From a virus (Duplodnaviria; Heunggongvirae; Uroviricota; Caudoviricetes), in IMG/VR virus record IMGVR_UViG_2695420889_000008: 10,752 nucleotides of DNA; one strand, written 5' to 3'. This document shows positions 1-7,664 of the stretch, piece after piece. Made by a program: the position numbers and the translations under genes. The notes under the pieces were generated by a model. It was not told the origin of the DNA. It did no database searches and saw only the letters and a list, made by a program, of their open reading frames with translations. Numbering within the stretch: position 1 is the stretch's first letter; every line of letters begins with the position of its first letter.

Positions 1-102
1 AAAACTAATAGTGCCATGTGCAATTTTTAAGATTTTGTTATTAATTGTGGTCGCACCTTCCTTTCTGTGTACTTTCCGTATAGCTCACAGGATTCTGGGT
101 AC

Positions 103-125
103 AAAAAAACCCGCGCATCGGCGGG
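103..125 (-). terminator. Rho-independent terminator downstream of the Q-like gene (candidate tR'-like)
   Basis: On the minus strand: CCCGC-cgatgc-GCGGG hairpin (110-125) followed directly by T7 (plus-strand A-run 103-109). Lies ~110 nt past the stop of the last minus-strand gene. Confidence 0.6.
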
Positions 126-173
126 TTCTTAAATCTTATCAACGGTAGACATACAAAGCCCATCGTTGGGAAA

Positions 174-202
174 ATCTTATCCATATTTTTTGAAAAATGC
201 AA
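174..202 (-). promoter_or_regulatory. Candidate PR'-like late promoter
   Basis: Minus strand: -35 TTGCAT (197-202), 17-bp spacer, -10 TAAGAT (174-179). Would give a ~60-nt transcript ending at the 103-125 terminator, as for a Q-modifiable short late transcript. Position and motif only. Confidence 0.3.
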
Positions 203-233
203 GCATCATGTCGTCATCTTCGGCGAAAACCAT

Positions 234-986
234 TTATCTTGTCACCTTTCTCAATTGTATCTCTGCATATGCTTCTTCCTGCCAGCACTTTGTAACCAGT
301 TTATCAATGACATCTGCATATCCTTTGTACCACTGATAATCCGTCAGGTCTGGTACCAGCTTCTGGACATGAAGCCGCGCCAGTGTGGTTGGTAAACGGC
401 TAAACCGGTTTCCATTGCAACGCCCACAAACCTTATAAACAGGCGTGCCATGAAGCCGGGTTCTTTTTTCATCCAGGACAATACCTTTACCCTTGCACCC
501 TCTGCATGCTGTGCTGACTTCTCCCTTACCATGACAATGCTGACATAGTTCCTTCACCCACTCTTCCTTAATAACAGATTCCCCGCTTCTGGAGTGTTTC
601 ACCACCTCGCGCAATACATTATGAAATCCAGTACCAGCACAATGCTCACAGCGAGCCTTACTTGCCGCAGACCTGGAATAATCAGCAAAGGCAAAATTCA
701 CAAGGTAAGGAATGATCTGTAGCCGGGTTTCTTCACTCAATTTATTCAATGTCGGGTTATCCAGTGCCATCGCGTAATTGAGCAGACCTTCAATCGCAAA
801 CTGAGGATCCTGAACACCAACTTTTGCCAGGAATAAAGCAAACCCAAGCGTTGCTTTTGACTGCACCATCCCCTGCGCAGCCATCACATCCGTAATTGTT
901 AAACCACCAGAGCCTGTCGCCGGTGCGTCATCGCTCAGTTTTGGAGATTTCGGGGAGTAATATTTCGGTAAGGCTTCAAGGTTCAT
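234..986 (-). CDS. Putative late-gene antiterminator Q-like protein with four DnaJ-type CxxCxGxG zinc-finger repeats
   Basis: 250-aa ORF starting MNLEALPKYYSPK, with GGAG Shine-Dalgarno 7 nt upstream of the ATG at 984-986. Cys repeats RCEHCAGTG, CQHCHGKG, CRGCKGKG, CGRCNGN. Last gene of the rightward operon, immediately before a promoter plus terminator. Family assignment is from position and recollection, not a search. Confidence 0.5.
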   Translation of the reverse strand: MNLEALPKYYSPKSPKLSDDAPATGSGGLTITDVMAAQGMVQSKATLGFALFLAKVGVQDPQFAIEGLLNYAMALDNPTLNKLSEETRLQIIPYLVNFAFADYSRSAASKARCEHCAGTGFHNVLREVVKHSRSGESVIKEEWVKELCQHCHGKGEVSTACRGCKGKGIVLDEKRTRLHGTPVYKVCGRCNGNRFSRLPTTLARLHVQKLVPDLTDYQWYKGYADVIDKLVTKCWQEEAYAEIQLRKVTR

Positions 987-999
987 GCTCGTTCTCCAC

Positions 1000-1989
1000 T
1001 TACGCCAGTACGCCAATTGCCAGCGCACGATCGATAAAACGAAATATCAGCTCCAGCTGAGAGCCATACTTCTCTTCAAATGCCACGGTATCCGCATGCA
1101 GCTCGTCGTGATGCTTTCTGCACAAAGGCAACACAAAAAGGTCATGCGCTTTTGTACCCATTCCACACTGACCGTGGCCTATCAGGTGGTGGGGATCATC
1201 AGCGGGCTTTCCACAACATGCACACGGCTGTGTCTTAACCCAGCGCGTGTACTTTTCATTAACCCAGCGGCGACGTTTTGGGCGTAACATAAAAGACTCC
1301 GGCGACTCCGGATCCACTTTCAGCGCCAGCACCTTTTTCGCTTTATCCTGGATGATGCTGGTGGCAGGAACCGAAGGCACAAGGTCACTTTCCCGGGTGA
1401 CAGACGGCACAACAGGCTTCGGTAATCTCAGTGCCTTACGGGCTGCACTTTCCGGTAAGGCATCCGCCAGGTCATTACGAATCAGCCACCAGCACAGTTC
1501 CGGCATTGTCACAACGTGACTGTCATCAAAACCGAGATCCCGACGCACAACAGACAACACCCAGCGGGTACAGTTATCCGTTGCCATTGATTCCAGCCGT
1601 TCCGTGAACTGATCGCGCAGCTGGTTATCGCAGTGCCAGCACAGACGGATTGCGCCCGGCGTGTGTCGCATTGTGGTCATGTTCTCGCTGTGCCAGTCGG
1701 AATGAGGCCACTGGCAACCTTTTTCACGAAGTAACCAGCGTTCAAGACATTCCACTCCACCAGCACGACGAATCACTGCCTCATTGCGGAACACGGCCCG
1801 AACGGCAGGATCATCCGCCAGCGGTTGTGATGCCGCCGGAACGGCACCACTGGCGAAAGATGAATAACGTTCCGGCTCAGGCTCCAGCAGGACACGCCCC
1901 TGCATAAACAGGGGCATCAGCTCTGAACCGGGCCTGAACAATACGATCCCCATACGCGGGGCAATTTCAGGGGTCAGTAGCGCTCTCAC
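1000..1989 (-). CDS. Nin-region protein with C-terminal HNH-like Cys/His zinc-binding domain (possibly DUF968/NinG-like)
   Basis: ~329-aa ORF. C-terminus CACCGKPADDPHHLIGHG...LCRKHHDELH resembles a beta-beta-alpha-metal nuclease motif. Likely GTG start at 1987-1989 preceded by GAGG (the ORF track begins at 1995). Start is uncertain. Confidence 0.55.
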   Translation of the reverse strand: MRALLTPEIAPRMGIVLFRPGSELMPLFMQGRVLLEPEPERYSSFASGAVPAASQPLADDPAVRAVFRNEAVIRRAGGVECLERWLLREKGCQWPHSDWHSENMTTMRHTPGAIRLCWHCDNQLRDQFTERLESMATDNCTRWVLSVVRRDLGFDDSHVVTMPELCWWLIRNDLADALPESAARKALRLPKPVVPSVTRESDLVPSVPATSIIQDKAKKVLALKVDPESPESFMLRPKRRRWVNEKYTRWVKTQPCACCGKPADDPHHLIGHGQCGMGTKAHDLFVLPLCRKHHDELHADTVAFEEKYGSQLELIFRFIDRALAIGVLA

Positions 1990-1996
1990 GGTCACC

Positions 1997-2806
1997 TCAA
2001 TGAACGGTATCGAGCAGCTTTAACAGCTCAGGGAACCGGGATTCGAAGAAATGCGGCTGCGTCTCGCGCGGATTTGCGGGACTGGTGATGTTCTTGCCGA
2101 ACATGCAGCCTTTCGCCGTCAGCGACCAGAATTTTTTGATGTTGTTAATCGCAGTGCGGCTGTATCGTTCACGTTGTTCAACGATCCCCAGCTTCGCCAT
2201 CTGGTGATATGCCTGATTAGCTGTCAGGCGGATACCATACTGCTTCAGCAGTGCACTCAGTGACAGCGTGGGGCGGCTTGAGCCATCAGGCGCGTCAGCA
2301 GGAGCATCAATGGCATAGCGCGGTGCCAGATTCGGTAAGCCAACAGCCTCCTGGAGTTTCTGACAGGCACCAAGCACTGAAGAGTTAGACAGGTTTAACT
2401 CCCGGCGCATAAAGTCCAGCAGAATCACGCCAGCCTGCATCTTGTCAGCAGCCTGCCCGGATAATTTTTCCGATGCGCTGGTTACCATATCGAAAGTACG
2501 GATCACCTTCAGATGGAATGACGGGCTGATCCACATTGCATAGGCATACACCAGTTCTTTGCAGACATACGTCCCCTGGTTATTTCCGCCATTAATAACG
2601 CTAACTGGTTGATTCTTTTCCAGAGGCGGAATTCCACCCTCGGTGAAAAGTTGTTCAATCAATTCACAGGTTTGCTTATTGGAGAGCCAGTATTTCGGGC
2701 GTTTTTTTTGTTCTCCCCCGGCTGCCCTGTGCAGATCGTTCAGGCTGTAACGCCCATAAGCATCACGACGAACTTCAATACCATCAATGACCATCAGATT
2801 ATTCAT
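1997..2806 (-). CDS. KilA-N domain protein (antirepressor-like)
   Basis: 269-aa ORF. N-terminus MNNLMVIDGIEVRRDAYGRYSLNDLHRAAGG...KYWLSNKQTCELI...GTYVCKELVYAYAMWISPSFHLKVI matches the KilA-N/APSES-type pattern. GAGGAG Shine-Dalgarno 8 nt upstream. Confidence 0.7.
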   Translation of the reverse strand: MNNLMVIDGIEVRRDAYGRYSLNDLHRAAGGEQKKRPKYWLSNKQTCELIEQLFTEGGIPPLEKNQPVSVINGGNNQGTYVCKELVYAYAMWISPSFHLKVIRTFDMVTSASEKLSGQAADKMQAGVILLDFMRRELNLSNSSVLGACQKLQEAVGLPNLAPRYAIDAPADAPDGSSRPTLSLSALLKQYGIRLTANQAYHQMAKLGIVEQRERYSRTAINNIKKFWSLTAKGCMFGKNITSPANPRETQPHFFESRFPELLKLLDTVH

Positions 2807-2825
2807 ACTTCGTTTCTCCTCTTAA

Positions 2826-3215
2826 TCAGGCGGCTGCACCCGCCGGTTTCTCATACTTACTGATAGTGATCTCGACCTTCCCTTTCGGGATAACCGGTCC
2901 CCACTCCACCAGCATTCTTTTCACCTGGCTGTCGTCTTCCCACACACCCGCGTGGGTCAGGGCGTCAAACAGCGCCTTGTTATAGTTGTCCAGATCGCGG
3001 ATCCGGTTATCCGGAGGAAACAACACGATCTCCACTGAAGCAGGTGCCGACGTTGGTTTCGGCAGACGACGTAACTGCTCAACTATTGCTGCGCACGCCG
3101 CGCTCTGAAATTTTCGCCCCGCCTCGCTTATCAGGCTCTTACCAGCAAATGCCCCTTTGTTGGGGTGTCGCCAGTACGTGTTCACGCTGGGCGGGAAAGG
3201 CAGGATCAGCTTCAT
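2826..3215 (-). CDS. rusA: Holliday-junction resolvase RusA
   Basis: 129-aa ORF with RusA hallmarks: LPFPPSVNTYWRH and acidic catalytic cluster RIRDLDNYNKALFDALTHAGVWEDDSQV. ATGA overlap with the upstream gene. Confidence 0.85.
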   Translation of the reverse strand: MKLILPFPPSVNTYWRHPNKGAFAGKSLISEAGRKFQSAACAAIVEQLRRLPKPTSAPASVEIVLFPPDNRIRDLDNYNKALFDALTHAGVWEDDSQVKRMLVEWGPVIPKGKVEITISKYEKPAGAAA

Positions 3216-3538
3216 ACTTTCAGGCCTCTCTCATGTAACCAGTGAGTTGCACGCAGCCTTGCGTTTTCCTCACCGGCAAGCAGTGAGCGGATAATCCCGA
3301 CCGCCTCGCTGTCGTCGTCCTTCACCGCGGTATGAAGCGTGATCCCCCGGGCCACACCACGCTTTATCGTGATGACGCCTTTTTTCTCCAGTGCGCGAAG
3401 ATGCTCCACCGCTGCATTCACCGAACGGTATCCCAGCATGGTTGCCACCTCCTGATTGGTTGGCGGGAAGCCACGTTCTTTCTGATAAGAAATCAGCATA
3501 TCCAGCACCTGCTGCTGGCATTGAGTTAACGTCGTCAT
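3212..3538 (-). CDS. Orphan LexA-like N-terminal DNA-binding-domain protein (no S24 peptidase domain)
   Basis: 108-aa ORF. LTQCQQQVLDMLISYQKERGFPPTNQEVATMLGYRSVNAAVEHLRALEKKGVITIKRGVARGITL aligns by eye to the LexA winged-helix domain, including a near-identical recognition helix (SVNAAVEHLRAL vs LexA SPNAAEEHLKAL). No Ser/Lys peptidase domain. ATGA overlap with the Dam gene. Confidence 0.7.
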   Translation of the reverse strand: MTTLTQCQQQVLDMLISYQKERGFPPTNQEVATMLGYRSVNAAVEHLRALEKKGVITIKRGVARGITLHTAVKDDDSEAVGIIRSLLAGEENARLRATHWLHERGLKV

Positions 3539-4188
3539 GCCGCCATCTCCCTGACCAGTTTTTCCGCCTGCTGGCGAACCTGCGCCAGAAACGCCTCACC
3601 ACATGCCTCAAGTTCATCGCGCCCGATGTAGCTGATTGCCGGTCCCTTCCAGGTCTTGTCAAAAACAGCAATAGCACCAGCGAAAAAAGCTCCTGTCGGC
3701 ACCTGCTTCTCGTCCTTCGGGATAAACCAGGCAGGCAGTTCAAAACCAATACGCCCGCGAATAAAAGCAATATGGTCCGCATCTTCCGGCCACCACACTT
3801 CGCTGGTGGCAGCTTTGATCAGGAAAACATAGCGCCCGCCCTTATCACGCATGGAACTGGCATGTTTCATGATGTAACGCATGCCGGTGATGTATTGCCC
3901 CTCATGCTGACTGGCGCGGCTGTATGGGGGATTACCAAAGGCAGCACCTTTAAGCTCCGCAAGACGTTCTGACCAGTCATGCGCCAGCGCGTTATCTTCC
4001 GCCGTGTAATACGCGGCACATTTGGCGTTATCACCGTCAGTAAACAGATCCAGAACAAACGGGCCAAACAGGGTGTTAATTCCCCAGAAAATGTTGTCCG
4101 GCGTGCGCCACTGATCGCCCACTTCCTTCAGTTCATGGGCTGGTTTGTTCCGCAGTTCCACCAGCGCCTGGCAATATTTATTACTCAT
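3535..4188 (-). CDS. Phage Dam-type DNA N6-adenine methyltransferase
   Basis: Catalytic NPPY motif in FGNPPYSRA; N-terminus MSNKYCQALVELRNKPAHELKEVGDQWRTPDNIFW typical of phage Dam family. Start placed at ATG 4186-4188 (G-rich Shine-Dalgarno, 1-nt overlap with upstream stop) rather than the GTG at 4221. Confidence 0.75.
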   Translation of the reverse strand: MSNKYCQALVELRNKPAHELKEVGDQWRTPDNIFWGINTLFGPFVLDLFTDGDNAKCAAYYTAEDNALAHDWSERLAELKGAAFGNPPYSRASQHEGQYITGMRYIMKHASSMRDKGGRYVFLIKAATSEVWWPEDADHIAFIRGRIGFELPAWFIPKDEKQVPTGAFFAGAIAVFDKTWKGPAISYIGRDELEACGEAFLAQVRQQAEKLVREMAA

Positions 4189-4682
4189 TAAGCCCCCACG
4201 TAATTCCCTGACAGATACCACTCTTCACCCGATGCAGCGCGCTTGCTGCTTTTCCGTAAGCACCGCTCACGACGCGCCAGAAAATTGTTTCGTTCTGGCT
4301 GGGAGTGGCTTTCACGGAATGCCGCCATCCACACCGTTGCAGCACGACGGTATAAGCCCCTGGACTCCAGTTCTTCAGCCTGGCGGGTCAGGCACAAAAT
4401 CACCCGGGGGTCGTTAGTGCCGACATAGAAATTGCGCACAGGTCTGGTTTCACGAACTGGTTGCGGTTCCGATTCCTGCAAAACCTCAGTCTGGCGCGGG
4501 AAATGTCTGCGAGTATCCCCTTCACAACGGTGAGCCACACGCCCACTCTGACGTAACTTGCTTGCTGACTGCAGAACGCGCTGTCGTGAGTAACCTGCAA
4601 AAGCATCCGCAATGTCTCCGGAAGCACACCCCGGATGGGCTTCAATGAATTTCTGAACGTCATTTAACAGACTCATGATCAC
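4188..4682 (-). CDS. Hypothetical early protein with PerC-like C-terminal region
   Basis: 164-aa ORF; ATGA overlap with the O-like gene stop. Segment LESRGLYRRAATVWMAAF resembles the PerC-family core; recollection only. Confidence 0.5.
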   Translation of the reverse strand: MIMSLLNDVQKFIEAHPGCASGDIADAFAGYSRQRVLQSASKLRQSGRVAHRCEGDTRRHFPRQTEVLQESEPQPVRETRPVRNFYVGTNDPRVILCLTRQAEELESRGLYRRAATVWMAAFRESHSQPERNNFLARRERCLRKSSKRAASGEEWYLSGNYVGA

Positions 4683-5497
4683 CCCCTGAATCCTGCCGGG
4701 ATCTGGCTGTAGTCCACGTTGTCGTAACTGGCTTTGAAGTACGGGTCATCGCGTCTGGCTGCAGATACCGCAGGAACTTCCCAGGATTCTTCGAAATGAC
4801 GATCCGGACCAAAGAACGTGACAGCCTGTTTCACAAATTGTGTGCCGCTATTGCCCATCGCAGATACCCAGCCCGCGTAGCGTTTCACACCTTCCAGCAT
4901 GGTTTCGGGGTTTACCCCCTCGTTCAAACGGGCTTTCCAGGCTTTGAAGGCTGCTGATTTTGAATTGCCACCAGCACGTTTGGGGTATGCCAGCCATGCC
5001 TGCTCAAACTCCGGAGAGTATTCCGGTCGGTTTGAACGAACTCGCACAGACTCATCAGCAGATGCACCAACAGCTATTGGTTCATTGACTGGTTCTTTGA
5101 CTGGTTCAAAAGAGTGACTGGTTCTGGGTGAATCTCCTGCACTACCCCCTGGTGCAACTCCTGCACTACCTGGTGAATTTGCTGCACCAGATAGTGAATT
5201 ATTTGCACTACCCCCTAGTGAATCTCCTGCACCATCCAGATGAAGGAGATAGATATTACTTGAGTTACCTTTTTCACCTTTCCGGGTGACTTTTTTTACC
5301 AGCCCGGACTCACAAAGGGCCGCAATATGATTCATCACAGAACGTTTGCTAATCTCGCACTGGTCAGCAATATGCTGGTAGCTGGGCCAGCACTCACCCT
5401 GATCGCTGGCATTATCAGCCAGCTTGATCAGAACCAGTTTTCGCAATGGATTACCCACTCGAATTTTCATCGCTTTAACCATCAGCTCCATACTCAT
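4679..5497 (-). CDS. Replication initiator / replisome organiser (lambda O-like) with internal iterons
   Basis: 272-aa ORF. N-terminus KIRVGNPLRKLVLIKLADNASDQGECWPSYQHIADQCEISKRSVMNHIAALCESGLVKK is a winged-helix replisome-organiser type. Central low-complexity linker (GGSANNSLSGAANSPGSAGVAPGGSAGDSP) is encoded by direct DNA repeats. ATGA overlap with the upstream gene. Confidence 0.7.
   Translation of the reverse strand: MSMELMVKAMKIRVGNPLRKLVLIKLADNASDQGECWPSYQHIADQCEISKRSVMNHIAALCESGLVKKVTRKGEKGNSSNIYLLHLDGAGDSLGGSANNSLSGAANSPGSAGVAPGGSAGDSPRTSHSFEPVKEPVNEPIAVGASADESVRVRSNRPEYSPEFEQAWLAYPKRAGGNSKSAAFKAWKARLNEGVNPETMLEGVKRYAGWVSAMGNSGTQFVKQAVTFFGPDRHFEESWEVPAVSAARRDDPYFKASYDNVDYSQIPAGFRG
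5086..5237. repeat. Direct-repeat (iteron-like) array inside the O-like gene; candidate replication origin
   Basis: Five ~21-24-bp tandem units with core GTGAAT(C/T)T(C/G)CTGCAC at 5128-5237, and three copies of TGACTGGTTC at 5086-5124, all read on the plus strand. Confidence 0.6.
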
Positions 5498-5718
5498 GCT
5501 GCACCTCCGAGATGCTTCATGTTTTTTCCGGAGCGAAAGGCTATGAGCGGCATACTGACGCGGTAATTACGACCCAGCGGTTCACAAATCACCTTCTGAC
5601 ATTCACGGTCAACCAGGCTAACACGTAGAACATGCCCTGCAGGCGTGGTGTACCACTGACCCGGGCGAGGACAACGGAAAGTTTGATTGGTAAACCGTTT
5701 GAAAATATTTCGGATCAT
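5494..5718 (-). CDS. Hypothetical small protein (74 aa)
   Basis: ORF bracketed by ATGA overlaps on both sides (5715-5718 and 5494-5497), which argues for translation; no recognisable motif. Confidence 0.45.
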   Translation of the reverse strand: MIRNIFKRFTNQTFRCPRPGQWYTTPAGHVLRVSLVDRECQKVICEPLGRNYRVSMPLIAFRSGKNMKHLGGAA

Positions 5719-6866
5719 TTGCGCCCCCTTACCTCTGAAGAGTTCAGCGACGAATGAATAAGACGGGCAAGAAATGCCGCATCGTTAATTCGGTCATACA
5801 GACTTACAGCCAGCGGTGATTCAGCTTTTTCCAGCATGGGATAAAGCTGCTGCAACCAGACCTGATGAATTGATGAAATGTAGGAATAGAGAACGCTGGC
5901 GTTATGTGCAACGTCACTCGGTACAGCGAGCTTTGAAAGCTGTTTCTCCATCTGGTTAAAGGCATTGATGTATGCCTCTTTGAACTGGGCAGCACGTTTA
6001 CCCGTGAAACCCATAGCAAGAAACGCAAAGCCGTCGCGGGTTATTTGATAGCAAGGTAGTTTGCGGCCTGTGCAATCGGTGTAATCACTCACCGAAAAAT
6101 TGCGGGCAGTGAATGATGCGGAGCATTCAAGCGTGCGGATCTTTTTCAGAACATCGTCATGACGTTTGGAGAAGAAGTTGGCAACAGCCAGGGATGAAGT
6201 AACAGCCTGACCATCAACGATGGCAATTTCGGGTTGAGTGAGGGTTGGGATCGTAGCCATGATGGCAGCCTCTTTGGTGATTTTTAATAACTCACCACCA
6301 AGGCTTTCCACGACCTTATTGGTGGTGAGACGTACAGGGGTGGAAATACCGGTCACCAAAGAACCCGGCCCAACCGAAGTTGGCCCTGCACGCCCCACCA
6401 TAATTTGGGCGTAATGCTGCTCATGACACAAAAAAACCGCAAGAGCGCGGTTGTGCGCTTTGGTGAATTCCGGGTTTCCACGCCCGGCACCCGCTTTATA
6501 AGGTGCCTGAACAGTGTAACGTCCCGGAATGGCAGAATCAATGTGCTGGTGGTCCTTCACACTCAACAAAATCACGCCTGAATTTCCACAAAGGACTAAA
6601 GCACTCATGCGGGTAGTCTTTGCGAAGATAGATAACGCGCTGTGTTTCTGGCTCCCAACGAATAACATGGACATAAAGCCCTCTTCCGTCACGAAACCAG
6701 CGGTTAAGTTCCTGCACAACTCGCCCCCCACAGTCAGGTAAAGTTCTCTGTGGTTACTTACAGCCAGGTGATTTGGTAATCTGCATTCATGCCGTAACAA
6801 CAGGTGTTCAGCGACACTGACCACCAGCTGTTGCGACAAACGGTTATTTGCCGTTAAACTGTTCAT
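5715..6866 (-). CDS. Rha-family phage regulatory protein, C-terminal 181 aa, with ~200-aa in-frame N-terminal extension of unknown function
   Basis: Rha signature VTSSLAVANFFSKRHDDVLKKIRTL...ITRDGFAFLAMGFTGKRAAQFKEAYINAFNQME lies in the C-terminal half. The open frame runs 383 codons from an ATG (6864-6866) that overlaps the CII-like stop (ATGA). A second start at 6258-6260 has an AGAGG Shine-Dalgarno and would give a stand-alone Rha protein (5715-6260). Which start is used is unresolved. Confidence 0.55.
   Translation of the reverse strand: MNSLTANNRLSQQLVVSVAEHLLLRHECRLPNHLAVSNHRELYLTVGGELCRNLTAGFVTEEGFMSMLFVGSQKHSALSIFAKTTRMSALVLCGNSGVILLSVKDHQHIDSAIPGRYTVQAPYKAGAGRGNPEFTKAHNRALAVFLCHEQHYAQIMVGRAGPTSVGPGSLVTGISTPVRLTTNKVVESLGGELLKITKEAAIMATIPTLTQPEIAIVDGQAVTSSLAVANFFSKRHDDVLKKIRTLECSASFTARNFSVSDYTDCTGRKLPCYQITRDGFAFLAMGFTGKRAAQFKEAYINAFNQMEKQLSKLAVPSDVAHNASVLYSYISSIHQVWLQQLYPMLEKAESPLAVSLYDRINDAAFLARLIHSSLNSSEVRGRK
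6430..6452 (-). terminator. Intragenic terminator-like hairpin inside the N-terminal extension of the Rha ORF
   Basis: Minus strand: ACCGC-gctctt-GCGGT followed by T6-7. Short stem, so weak. Confidence 0.3.
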
Positions 6867-7426
6867 GCGTTAGTTTCTCCACAGACACAAAACGCCACGA
6901 CGCCCGGAGCTGCACACTCGCGGGCGTCACTCTTTTCTGGAGCGCAAAAGATTTTGTAGACCAGTGCTGCATGCTCCTGGAGCTTCGAAATTGACAGATA
7001 CAACTCATCATTAATTGCTGTCTGCTCGTGTGGCTCCACGACCCCATCTTCGATTGCCGAACGAATCTGCTTTGAGTAATTCCCGATCTGTTCGATGACT
7101 TCCAGCAGGCGCTGGTTTATATCGGCGTTCTCTACTTCCTCAATTTCAGGAAGCGATACGAACACCCCACCAGCAGACTGTGCGACAGCATCCGCAATGT
7201 AGTGAGTGCCAGCCGCGCGCTGTAAAACCATTGCCCATCCCAGCGGGAAAATCTGATCGCCATCGGCACGAAGGCGGTTAAATAATGCGTTCTCTGTTAC
7301 ATCCAGCCAGTCAGCTGCTTCAGCGTAACCACCCGGCAACGCTGCGATAGTTTTTCTGACAGCTTTCACGTACCACTCAGGCTGTTTTTCTACTTTCCAG
7401 TGATACTTACCCACGGTTAGCCTCAT
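6863..7426 (-). CDS. CII-like early regulatory protein (tentative)
   Basis: 187-aa ORF immediately downstream of the Cro-like gene, stop overlapping the next start. Family guess is from position and recollection only; weak Shine-Dalgarno. Confidence 0.4.
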   Translation of the reverse strand: MRLTVGKYHWKVEKQPEWYVKAVRKTIAALPGGYAEAADWLDVTENALFNRLRADGDQIFPLGWAMVLQRAAGTHYIADAVAQSAGGVFVSLPEIEEVENADINQRLLEVIEQIGNYSKQIRSAIEDGVVEPHEQTAINDELYLSISKLQEHAALVYKIFCAPEKSDARECAAPGVVAFCVCGETNA

Positions 7427-7457
7427 CGTTCTGTGGTTAAAAATTGAAGGTGTTCTG

Positions 7458-7658
7458 TTAATCTTTCGGATAGATATCCGGTCTTAAGTCAGATTTCGTA
7501 ATTGCACCTGACGTGCATTGCTCAAGTTTTTTAGCCAGCACAAAACTGGCTTTTTTATAACCATTGAAAACCAGCCGTAAGTAGCCTGGTGTTGAGCCAA
7601 CTTTTCCGGCCAACTCGCCCTGCTGTTCTTTGGTTAAAGAGTCCCAATACGCTTTCAT
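7458..7658 (-). CDS. Cro-like HTH repressor
   Basis: 66-aa ORF starting MKAYWDSLTKEQQGELAGKVG, with GGAGG Shine-Dalgarno 10 nt upstream. Divergent from the CI-like gene across an operator-rich spacer. The ORF-track start at 7682 has no Shine-Dalgarno and was rejected. Confidence 0.6.
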   Translation of the reverse strand: MKAYWDSLTKEQQGELAGKVGSTPGYLRLVFNGYKKASFVLAKKLEQCTSGAITKSDLRPDIYPKD

Positions 7659-7664
7659 ACAATA

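Noticed and set aside
1-98. Possible start of a lysis gene (holin) downstream of the terminator
   Set aside because: Too little sequence (98 nt) and no convincing Shine-Dalgarno/ATG pair.
985-4428. Plus-strand ORFs (985-1287, 1247-1519, 1650-1907, 2051-2263, 2609-2863, 3044-3238, 3332-3529, 3391-3972, 3979-4191, 4145-4417, 4243-4428) and minus-strand 3270-3782, 3867-4067, 4400-4663
   Set aside because: All lie inside or antisense to better-supported minus-strand genes with recognisable motifs and coupling overlaps; treated as shadow ORFs.
5128-5237. Tandem repeats as a possible CRISPR array
   Set aside because: Units are imperfect, lack spacers, lie inside a coding frame and encode a low-complexity linker; iterons are the consistent reading.
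6529-6741. 70-aa plus-strand ORF antisense to the Rha-ORF N-terminal extension, as a possible small toxin or antitoxin
   Set aside because: Weak Shine-Dalgarno, no motif, and the minus-strand frame stays open for 383 codons through this region; kept only as a caveat.
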